DNA from: an uncultured Gammaproteobacteria bacterium
Lineage (GTDB): Bacteria > Pseudomonadota > Gammaproteobacteria > JASBUN01
DNA length: 64,000 nucleotides
Direction: 5' to 3'
Assembly: GCA_963773585.1 (NCBI GenBank)
Contig: CAVZBR010000001.1
Coordinates: 366,298 to 430,297 of the forward strand
Shown here: piece by piece, positions 36,800 through 46,900 of the stretch
Numbering within the stretch: the first letter of the stretch is position 1
How the letters are laid out: every line of letters begins with the position of its first letter
Translations under genes and position numbers: made by a program
The notes under the pieces: model-generated
What the model was told of the DNA's origin: nothing
Databases searched by the model: none
The model's input: the letters and a program-made list of their open reading frames with translations, nothing else

Positions 36800-38245
36800 A
36801 TGAGTGCGACACCTGAAAATGTCGACAAACTGATCCGAGGCGGATACGAGCACGGGTTCGTGACCAATATCGAATCCGAGGTGGTGCCTCCCGGCCTCAA
36901 CGAAGACGTGGTCCGTCTGATCTCGGAGAAGAAAAACGAGCCCGAGTGGATGCTTGAGTTACGCCTGAAGGCGTTCAAGCACTGGCTGACCATGGCCGAA
37001 CCGGACTGGGCGAAGGTTCAGCATCCGCCGTTGGACTTCCAGTCCATCTCCTATTATGCGGCGCCGAAGAAAAAGAAACAGCTCAAGAGCCTGGACGAGG
37101 TGGATCCGGAATTGCTGGATACCTACAACAAGCTCGGCATCCCGCTGGAAGAGCAGAAAGCACTCGCCGGCGTGGCAGTCGATGCAGTGTTCGATAGCGT
37201 GTCCGTGGCGACCACGTTTCGGAAGCAGCTGGCGGAGGCGGGAGTCATATTCTGTTCCATTTCCGAGGCCGTGCACGACCACCCGGAGTTGGTGAAGCAG
37301 TACCTGGGTTCCGTGGTGCCGCACACCGATAATTTCTTTGCGTCGCTGAATGCGGCGGTGTTTTCCGACGGCACCTTCGTGTACATCCCCAAAGGGGTGC
37401 GCTGTCCGATGGAGCTGTCGACCTATTTCCGCATCAATGCCGCGAATACGGGGCAGTTCGAGCGCACCTTGATCGTCGCCGAGGAAGGCAGTTACGTGAG
37501 TTATCTGGAAGGCTGCACGGCGCCCATGCGCGATGAAAACCAGTTGCACGCCGCAGTCGTCGAACTGGTGGCCATGGACGATGCGCAGATCAAGTATTCC
37601 ACCGTGCAGAACTGGTACCCGGGCGACGCCGAGGGCCGCGGCGGCATTTACAACTTCGTCACCAAACGCGGTGACTGCCGTGGCGCGCGTTCGCACATTT
37701 CCTGGACCCAGGTGGAGACCGGTTCCGCGATCACGTGGAAATATCCGAGCTGCATCCTGCGCGGCGACGATTCCGTGGGCGAGTTCTATTCCGTGGCGGT
37801 GACCAAGGGTCGGCAGCAAGCCGACACCGGTACCAAGATGATTCACATCGGCCGCAACACGCGCTCGACCATCGTCTCCAAAGGTATCTCCGCGCAACGC
37901 GGCACCAACGCTTATCGCGGTCTGGTGCGCATCGCCCAGCGGGCCGAGAACGCGCGCAACCACACGCAATGCGACTCGCTGTTGATCGGCGACCGGTGTG
38001 CGGCGCATACCTACCCGTATATCGAAGTCAAGAACCCGACCGCCAAAGTCGAGCATGAGGCGACCACGTCGAAAGTCGGCGACGACCAGCTGTTCTACTG
38101 TCGCCAGCGCGGCATGTCGGAAGAGGACGCCGTGTCCATGATCGTCAACGGTTTCTGTAAGGAAGTGTTCAAGGAACTGCCGATGGAGTTTGCGGTCGAG
38201 GCGCAGAAACTGCTTTCCGTCAGTCTCGAAGGTGCGGTGGGCTGA
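36800..38245 (+). CDS. sufB: Fe-S cluster assembly protein SufB
   Basis: 481 aa with a typical SufB sequence throughout. Confidence 0.95.
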   Translation: MSATPENVDKLIRGGYEHGFVTNIESEVVPPGLNEDVVRLISEKKNEPEWMLELRLKAFKHWLTMAEPDWAKVQHPPLDFQSISYYAAPKKKKQLKSLDEVDPELLDTYNKLGIPLEEQKALAGVAVDAVFDSVSVATTFRKQLAEAGVIFCSISEAVHDHPELVKQYLGSVVPHTDNFFASLNAAVFSDGTFVYIPKGVRCPMELSTYFRINAANTGQFERTLIVAEEGSYVSYLEGCTAPMRDENQLHAAVVELVAMDDAQIKYSTVQNWYPGDAEGRGGIYNFVTKRGDCRGARSHISWTQVETGSAITWKYPSCILRGDDSVGEFYSVAVTKGRQQADTGTKMIHIGRNTRSTIVSKGISAQRGTNAYRGLVRIAQRAENARNHTQCDSLLIGDRCAAHTYPYIEVKNPTAKVEHEATTSKVGDDQLFYCRQRGMSEEDAVSMIVNGFCKEVFKELPMEFAVEAQKLLSVSLEGAVG

Positions 38246-38269
38246 TTGCCGAACATTGATGCTTGAGGA

Positions 38270-39027
<758 letters not shown>

Positions 39028-39031
<4 letters not shown>

Positions 39032-40374
39032 GTTCAGCGGCCGGCAACTCGCCCGCTGCGGTCGAGCGCTACCAGGCGCTGATTCGCGATGCGCATGCCG
39101 GGCTTCCGGCCACCGATCAGGCGTGGCTGGAACAGAAGCGCAACAGCGCCAGCGAAGCGATGGCTCGCGGTGGATTCCCGAGCAAGAAGTCCGAGGCTTG
39201 GCGCTATACCGGGCTCGACTCGTTGCTGCAGACTGATTTCAACGTCAATCTGGAGCCGTTCACGGCGTTGATCCCGTCCGACCTCGACGACGTCACCATT
39301 GAGGGACTGGACGCCTATCGCCTGGTGTTCGCAAACGGCCGCTTGGTCGAGGCCTTGTCGCAGTTGGAAGGTTTGCCGGAGGGCGTACGTGTGCAGAGCC
39401 TGCGCGCGCTACTGGAGTCGGAACCGGAGCAGGCGGCGCAATGGCTGCACTCGGCTGCGAGCGACGAAGGCCATGTGTTCAACAATCTCAATACTGCGTT
39501 GATCAACGACGGTCTGGTGGTCATCATTCCGCGCGACATGCAGCTCGACAAGCCGATCGAAGCGCTGTTTCTCAGTGAAGGGCTCGAGGACGCCATCGTC
39601 GCTCAGCCGCGCAATCTCGTCGTCCTGGAAGAGGGTGCGCGGGCGACTCTGATTGAGCGGCAGGCGAGTTTCGGCCAGTCCATGTATTTCAACAACAGTG
39701 TCAGCGAGTTGTTGCTGGCGCCGCGGGCCGAGCTTACGCACTATCGGCTTCAGGAAGAAAGCACTGGCGCTTTCCACCTGAGCAGTTTGTTTCTGCGCCA
39801 GCAGGCCGGCAGCGTCTACCGTTCGACCAGCATCGCATTGGGCGGCGCGTGGTCGCGGACCGACTTCAATGTCGACTTCCAAGGCGAAGGCGCTAATTGC
39901 GAACTGGACGGACTGTATCTTGCCGGAGACCGGCAGCTGGTGGACTTCCATCTGAATGTCATGCACCACGTTCCCGGCTGCACCAGCCGCGAAAATTTCC
40001 GCGGAATTTTGCACGGCAAGGGACGGGCGGTATTCGACGGACGCATACTCGTCTCACAGGACGCGCAAAAGACCGATGCGCAACTGTCCAACAACAATCT
40101 GCTGTTGACGAGAAGTGCGGAAGTGGACACCAAGCCGCAACTGGAGATTTACGCGGACGACGTCAAGTGCAGCCATGGCACCACCGTCGGACAGCTCGAC
40201 CCGCAGCATCTGTTCTATCTGCGTTCGCGCGGCATCGAGGCGGGCGAGGCGCGCAAAATACTGTGCCTGGGTTTCGCCCGGGAGATTTTCGACAGCTGCG
40301 ACATCGAAGGCGTCCGCGAACGCGCTGAACGTCGTTTGCACGATGCACTTGAACATGTGGCGGTCGATATCTGA
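39028..40374 (+). CDS. sufD: Fe-S cluster assembly protein SufD
   Basis: 448 aa. Overlaps the sufC stop (ATGA). SufB/SufD-family C-terminus. Confidence 0.9.
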
Positions 40375-40758
40375 GTGGCACGGATCATGAGCAGCAGCAA
40401 ACCGGTCAATTTTCAACCCGATCTCAACCGCCCCGATGCGGCCGCGGAAGGCGGCACGCTGAAGGAACGGGTAATCGCGGCGTTGAAAACGGTTTACGAT
40501 CCGGAATTGCCGGTGAACATCTACGACTTGGGTTTGATCTACGAAACCGATGTCGATAATGAAACCGGCCGGGTCGAGATCAAAATGACCCTGACCGCTC
40601 CGGCCTGTCCGGTGGCCGGCACCATGCCCGGCATGGTGGCGCAGACGGTACGCAAAGTGGAAGGTGTGGCTGATGCCGACGTGGAACTGGTATGGGACCC
40701 GCCCTGGACCCAGGACCGGATGTCCGACGAAGCGCGGTTCATGCTGGATATGTTTTGA
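40375..40758 (+). CDS. DUF59/MIP18-family Fe-S assembly protein (SufT-like)
   Basis: ..VIAALKTVYDPELPVNIYDLGLIYE..LTAPACPVAG.. matches DUF59. GTG 40375 lies immediately after the sufD stop (alternative ATG 40386). Confidence 0.8.
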   Translation: MARIMSSSKPVNFQPDLNRPDAAAEGGTLKERVIAALKTVYDPELPVNIYDLGLIYETDVDNETGRVEIKMTLTAPACPVAGTMPGMVAQTVRKVEGVADADVELVWDPPWTQDRMSDEARFMLDMF

Positions 40759-40774
40759 TTGCAGGAGGTTTTGG

Positions 40775-41101
40775 ATGGCCATTCAGTTGACGGAAAACGC
40801 AGCCAACCACATTCAGCGCATGCTGGCAAAGCGCGGCAGCGGTATCGGGCTGCGCCTGGGCACGAAGAAAAGCGGCTGCAGCGGATTTGCCTATCTCGTG
40901 GATTATGCCGACGAGGTGGGTGAACAGGATGTGGTGTTCGAAGAGCACGGCGTCAAGGTGGTGGTCGACCGCGACAGCTTGCCGCGCCTCGACGGCATGG
41001 AACTCGATTACGTCAAGAGCAATATTCTCAACGAGGGTTTCGAATTTCGTAATCCCAACGTCAAGGATTCCTGCGGCTGCGGCGAGTCTTTCAGCGTGTA
41101 G
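40775..41101 (+). CDS. A-type Fe-S carrier (SufA/IscA/ErpA family)
   Basis: 108 aa with C..CGCG C-terminal motif (..KDSCGCGESFSV). Confidence 0.85.
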   Translation: MAIQLTENAANHIQRMLAKRGSGIGLRLGTKKSGCSGFAYLVDYADEVGEQDVVFEEHGVKVVVDRDSLPRLDGMELDYVKSNILNEGFEFRNPNVKDSCGCGESFSV

Positions 41102-41136
41102 TCAGCGCACTGCCTCAGGCTGCTGGAGAAGAACGG

Positions 41137-41571
41137 ATGCGAGAGTTGGACGAAATCGTCGAAACCTTCGACCTGCTGGGCGACTGGGACGCACGGTACC
41201 AGTATCTGGTGGAGTTGGGTGAACAAATGGAGCCCATGCCGGATGAGGAGAAATCCGAACGCAACCGGGTAAAGGGCTGTATGAGCCAGGTGTGGGTGCA
41301 GGCGTTCGTCGATTCCGCCGACCGCACCAAGCTGCGCTACCATGGCGATTGCGATACTGCGGTGATCAAGGGTGTGCTTGCACTGTTGATCAAGATGGCA
41401 TCGGGCAAGAGCATGCGGGACGTGGAAGCGCTCGACGTCGACGAGGTATTCGAGCGGCTCAATCTCGATGAGCATTTGTCGCCCAATCGACACGTTGGCG
41501 TATACGCGATCGTAGAACTGATGAAATCCCAGGCCCGGGAATTAGCGCGAAAACAATCCCAAGTCGCGTGA
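41137..41571 (+). CDS. sufE: SufE-like sulfur acceptor
   Basis: ..VKGCMSQVWV.. conserved Cys loop. 144 aa. Confidence 0.85.
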   Translation: MRELDEIVETFDLLGDWDARYQYLVELGEQMEPMPDEEKSERNRVKGCMSQVWVQAFVDSADRTKLRYHGDCDTAVIKGVLALLIKMASGKSMRDVEALDVDEVFERLNLDEHLSPNRHVGVYAIVELMKSQARELARKQSQVA

Positions 41572-41575
41572 ATCG

Positions 41576-42394
41576 TCAGGGCATCGCCCGTTTCTGGCTG
41601 GTAGTCTCTTCTTGACGAAGTCGTTCGAAGGCTGCCTGCACGGGGCCGCTGCCGTATTTGCGTTCCAGGCGCCTGATTGTGAAGTGGCCGCGGGCCACGT
41701 CCTGAAAGTGATCCAGGAACAAGACGTTCAACGCGGCGCCGGTTACGGCTCCGGCGACGGGCACTAGTTGCGCCGCTGCCTTATTTGAAACCACTACGCC
41801 ATAGCGCGCGGCCACGCTGCGCAGAAAATTGCTGGCTGCTGGTACGCCGAACCCGCCTCCGGATTTGATCACGTTGGTCAACTGCATGCTCAACGCCAGG
41901 CGCAGGCCGTAGTAACCGGATTCGGTGGCATCGTCATCGTGGGTGCGGCCGCCGAGGGCGAACACTTCCACGCACGCCATTCGCGCCTCCAGGCTGTCGA
42001 GATTCTCGCCCTGACAGCGGGCGACGTCGGCAATGGAGCGCAACATCAACCCTGTGGTGATCGGCAACTCAGCTGCCAGACCCATGGCGCCGAAGAACCC
42101 GCCCAGGGCGCCGCTACCGCCGGCAAGCAGCTTGTGTAAGCGGTCCTTGGGTTCGCCTTCGTAGGAAGGCGGCAGGGAACGGATGGCGGTTTCGGTGATG
42201 CGTCGCAGGCTGGATTCCGTCGCGCTCTGCACCACCTTTCTCCATTTTTCCGGCAGCATCCCCACGGCTTGTTCCATCGGAACTCCGATCAGGCTGCTCA
42301 GTTTTGCCGCGAAGGAAGGGTTTTCGAGATAGCGATACGCCCAGCGCAAATCGGCCAGGTCCCGGTCGTCCCAAGGTTTGGCGGCTGATTCCAT
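41576..42394 (-). CDS. EcsC-family protein
   Basis: About 272 aa. Gly-rich central segment ..LLAGGSGALGGFFGAMGLAAELPITTGLMLRSIADVA.. resembles EcsC-family proteins. Convergent with sufE with 4 bp between the stops. Confidence 0.45.
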   Translation of the reverse strand: MESAAKPWDDRDLADLRWAYRYLENPSFAAKLSSLIGVPMEQAVGMLPEKWRKVVQSATESSLRRITETAIRSLPPSYEGEPKDRLHKLLAGGSGALGGFFGAMGLAAELPITTGLMLRSIADVARCQGENLDSLEARMACVEVFALGGRTHDDDATESGYYGLRLALSMQLTNVIKSGGGFGVPAASNFLRSVAARYGVVVSNKAAAQLVPVAGAVTGAALNVLFLDHFQDVARGHFTIRRLERKYGSGPVQAAFERLRQEETTSQKRAMP

Positions 42395-42448
42395 GGCATT
42401 CCTGTGGGTGAGCACGTCGTCCCAGCTTAGAACAAGGTCGGCGGGCTG

Positions 42449-43798
42449 TCAGACCGGAAACATTTCCTCGTTGCCGAGCAGTTCCCGAATCAGGCGGTCG
42501 CGGTCCAGGTTGCGGCCGGTGTGGGCCGTGACCGACAGCGCGTCGCGATAGGCATTGCCCAGGCAGGTGGAGGCGCCCGGCGACGGGGTGAGATTGAAGA
42601 TGACGCCGGTGCCCGGGTTGATCGAGGCTTCGCCCAATTGCAGACGGGCGTTTTCCCGGTCGATGACCTGGGGCCGCAGACCGCCGTAACCCTTGGCGAA
42701 TTCCAGCTCCTGCAGGGTCAGTGACGGAATGATTTTGCGCACGTCCTTGAGGAACAATCGCCGCCGCACCAGCGGTACTTCGAACAGAATATTGCGCACG
42801 ATGTAATTGCGGATATCCCGATCCTTCAACAGATCCCAGAACACCCGTGCGACGCCCATGTCCGGCTTCAACACCTTGAAAAACTCACCGTAAGTGCCCG
42901 GGCGGTAGCGTTCCATCTTCGGCAACAGCAATGCCGTGGGACCGATCCGGGTGCGGTCCGGAATCGTCAGATCGGGGTCGGCATGCAGCGCCGCGAACGG
43001 CAGCTTCGGATTCTGCACCGTATACACTTTGCCATTGATGCGTTTAGGCACGAAATAGAAGCTGCCGGCCATCGGCAGAATGGAATACTGCAGGCCGTAG
43101 CCCATACGATGGGCGTAGAGCAGGCTGTGGGGTCCGGCGGAAATTACCAGCGAGCGTGCCTGCACCGAGCCGCGGTCAGTGGTGAGCAGAAATTCCCCGT
43201 CCCGCTCGACGATGGACTGCACTTTGGTGCCCAGGTGCAGATCGGTATGCTTGTTTTCGGCTTCGGCGTTGCGGACGAACGAACTCGATAACTTGCCGTA
43301 GTCCACGGCGCACACTTCGGTGGTCGTGCCGCTGGCGATAATGGGTTCCGGCCGCAGGCGTCCGTCCACCAGCGCCACTGCCGGTTCGAGTTCGGCGATG
43401 TGCTGCGCATTCCAAAGTTCCATGTAGGGGAACGCGTCTGCGAATTCGCCGTGCCGCCGGCGCATGGTTTCCACTTCCTGCTCGCCGACACCCAGCACCA
43501 TTTTCGGATACACGCGCATCGCTTCGCGGGCGTCGGGCATCAGTTCGCCGTAGCGCAATATCATGCCGGCAATCTGTTTGACTCTAATGGCCTTCTCGAG
43601 CGTGTAATTGGTCTCGATATCGCCGCAGTGCAACGTCTGGCTGTTCGCGCGCGCGCTTGAATTCAGCGGCGCAATGCTGTCGTATTTTTCGAACAACGCC
43701 ACCGACGCCACGTCGCTGTAGCGCGCCAAAGTAAAAAACAACGCGCAACCGGAAATGCCGCCGCCAATGATTGCTACTTCGTAGCGTCGGGGGCTCAT
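42449..43798 (-). CDS. FAD-dependent malate:quinone oxidoreductase (Mqo)-family protein
   Basis: N-terminal dinucleotide fold VAIIGGGISG. ..NSSARANSQTLHCGDIETNYT.. aligns with the Mqo NNAGTGHSALCELNYT signature. 449 aa. Confidence 0.5.
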   Translation of the reverse strand: MSPRRYEVAIIGGGISGCALFFTLARYSDVASVALFEKYDSIAPLNSSARANSQTLHCGDIETNYTLEKAIRVKQIAGMILRYGELMPDAREAMRVYPKMVLGVGEQEVETMRRRHGEFADAFPYMELWNAQHIAELEPAVALVDGRLRPEPIIASGTTTEVCAVDYGKLSSSFVRNAEAENKHTDLHLGTKVQSIVERDGEFLLTTDRGSVQARSLVISAGPHSLLYAHRMGYGLQYSILPMAGSFYFVPKRINGKVYTVQNPKLPFAALHADPDLTIPDRTRIGPTALLLPKMERYRPGTYGEFFKVLKPDMGVARVFWDLLKDRDIRNYIVRNILFEVPLVRRRLFLKDVRKIIPSLTLQELEFAKGYGGLRPQVIDRENARLQLGEASINPGTGVIFNLTPSPGASTCLGNAYRDALSVTAHTGRNLDRDRLIRELLGNEEMFPV

Positions 43799-43963
43799 GA
43801 AGGGATCAAATGGAATGGCTGCCGAGCGAGGAACATGTGGCTCGCGAGGTTACCGGAACCGCACAGATGATGCCATAGCCACGCCGCAGCGCGGTGCCAC
43901 GGCGCGCGTCCGATTAGCTGAATTTCCATGACTCGCTGGGCGTTGGATGCGGCACTGCCCGCG

Positions 43964-46900
43964 TCAATTGCGCCAGCCCCGTTCGTTGAGAAATTCTTTC
44001 AGGATGCGGGCGGTATGGGACTTCGACTTCGACGCCGCAACCTGCTCCGGCGGACCCTGCGCAACGATACGTCCGCCACCGTCGCCGCCCTCCGGTCCCA
44101 GATCGATCAGCCAGTCGGCTTCCGCCAGGACATCGAGGTTGTGTTCGATCACCACTACCGAGTGCCCGGCGTCCACCAGCCGGTGCAGCACCCGTATCAG
44201 CTTTTCCACATCGGCCATGTGCAGGCCCACGGTCGGTTCGTCCAGCACATACAACGTTTGCCGTCCGCTGCGCGGTTGCGCGTCGCCGGCGGCACGGGCA
44301 TCGTCCACCGGACGCGCTTTGGCAAGTTCGGTGACCAGCTTGATGCGTTGCGCTTCACCGCCGGACAAGGTCGGGCTCGGTTGGCCGAGGGTCAGATAGC
44401 CAAGGCCCACGTCCTGCAACAAGCGCAGTGAATGATGAATCGCCGGATGGGCCTGGAAAAAGGTCACCGCGTCGTCCACGTCCATGGCCAGCACTTCGGC
44501 AACGTTCTGGTCCTTATAGGTCACCGTCATGGTTTCGGCATTGAAACGCGCGCCGCCGCACACTTCGCAGGGCACCTTCACATCCGGCAGGAAACTCATT
44601 TCGATTTTCTTGAAGCCCTGACCTTCGCAGCCTTCACAGCGACCGCCGGAAGTGTTGAACGAGAAACGGCCGGGGCCGTAGGCGCGGATGCGCGCTTCCG
44701 GGGTCGCCGCGAACAACTTGCGCACCCGGTCCCAGATGCCGATGTAGGTGGCCGGGCAGGAGCGCGGCGTTTTGCCGATCGGCGTCTGGTCCACTTCCAG
44801 CACCCGATCAATATGTTCCGCACCCAGTAATTCACGACAACCGTGGAGTGCCGCGCGTTTTCGCCGCCTGCGCGCCACCTGTTGCTGCACGTTGTCGCGC
44901 AGCACGTCGCGCACCAGGGAACTTTTGCCGCTGCCGGACACGCCGCTGACGCATACCAGTCGCTGCAGTGGAAACTTGGCGTTGACGTTTTTCAGGTTGT
45001 GGAGGCTGGCGCCCACCACCGAGAGCGTGTCCACTGCGGCGGGTGCGGACTTCGCGCGCAACGAGGTCGGCCGCCGCGGCAGCATTGGATGCTGCAGGGG
45101 CTTGGCGAGGGCGCGGCCGGTGACCGAGTCGCGCGCCTGCATCAATTGGTGCACCGTGCCTTCCGCGACCACCCGACCGCCCTGTACGCCGGCGCCGGGT
45201 CCCAGGTCGACCACATGCTGGGCGCTGCGAATGGTGTCTTCGTCGTGTTCCACCACCACCACCGTATTGCCCTTGTCCTCCAGCTTGCGCAGGGTATCGA
45301 GCAGCATCCGGTTGTCCCGCGGATGCAGGCCAATGGTGGGTTCGTCGAGGATGTAACACACGCCGCGCAAGTTGGAACCCAATTGCGATGCGAGCCGGAT
45401 GCGTTGGGCTTCGCCGCCGGACAAGGTCGGTGCGGCGCGGTCCAGGCCCAGATACCCCAAGCCGACTTCATTCAAAAAACGCAACCGCGCCCGCAATTCC
45501 GCCAGCAAATCCCGGGCGATGTCGGCGTCCCGGCCGCGCAGACGCAGTTTGTCGAAATGTTTTTCCGCGGCAGCCACCGGCAGAGCTGCGTATTCGGCAA
45601 TGGAGCGGTCATGAAAGCGCACCGCAAGAGCTTCCGGCCGCAGGCGCCGGCCTTCGCACTCGGGACAGACATGCTCGGCGCCTTCGTACCAGTCGTTCCA
45701 CCAGATTTCCTCGCCGGTCTGCTCCTCGTCGAAATCCTGCAGTTCCATGCCGGTGCCGAAACACGACGGGCACCAGCCGTGCTTGGAGTTGTAGGAAAAC
45801 ATGCGCGGGTCCAGCTCGTCGAAGCTGGTGCCGCAACTGGGGCAGGCGCGCTCGGTGGAGAAGATGGTTTCCTTGTGTTTGCCTTTGCCCGTGGTCGCCA
45901 CCTGCACTCGGCCATTGCCGTATTCGAGCGCCTTGCGCAGCGCGTCGCGCAGCACTGTTTCATTGCGGCTTTGCACGCGCACTTCGCCCAAGGGCAGATC
46001 GATATTGTGTTCGGCGAAACGATCCAGCCTGGGCCACGGTTCGGTGGGCAGCAGTTCGCCGTCCACACGAAGCTGTTGGAAACCCTTGGCCGCAGCCCAT
46101 TTCGCCAGATCGGTGTAATACCCTTTGCGCGCCACTACCAGGGGTGCATACAACTGCACGGTGCGCTCGCGGAAGTTGCGCTGCAGTTGGGCGACGATCG
46201 CTTCCAGGGTCTGGGGCTCGATGGGTACGTCGCATTCAGGACAGTACTGGGTGCCGAGCTTGACGAACAGCAAGCGCAGGAAGTGATAGATCTCGGTCAT
46301 GGTGGCGACGGTGCTCTTGCGTCCGCCGCGGCTGGTGCGCTGCTCGATGGCGACCGTTGGCGGAATGCCGTACACGGCGTCCACATCGGGCCGCGCCGAC
46401 GGCTGCACGAACTGGCGCGCGTAGGCGTTCAACGACTCCAGATACCGGCGCTGACCTTCGTTGAACAGGATGTCGAAGGCCACGGTGCTTTTGCCGGAAC
46501 CGGAAACACCGGTGATCACCGTGAACTTGTCGCGGGGAATGCGGATGTCGACATTGCGCAGGTTGTGTTCGCGGGCGTGACGAATCTCGATCGCATCGTG
46601 GGCTTTCACTTTCTCGCGTGCGGCCGGTGCCGGCAGCAGTGCCTGCTGGCGCAGCGCGGCATTGTTGGCGGCGTAGTCGCGCAATGCTTTGCCGGTATGG
46701 CTCCCGCTATCGGCGGCGACCTGGGCCGGGGCGCCCGTGCACAAAATACGCCCGCCGCCGTCGCCGCCCTCGGGCCCCAGATCGATGATCCAGTCGCTGG
46801 CGGCGATGACGTCGAGGTTATGTTCGATCACTACCAGCGAGTGGCCTTCGGTCAACAATGCGCGGAAGGCGCGCAGCAAGGTCGCGATATCGTCGAAGTG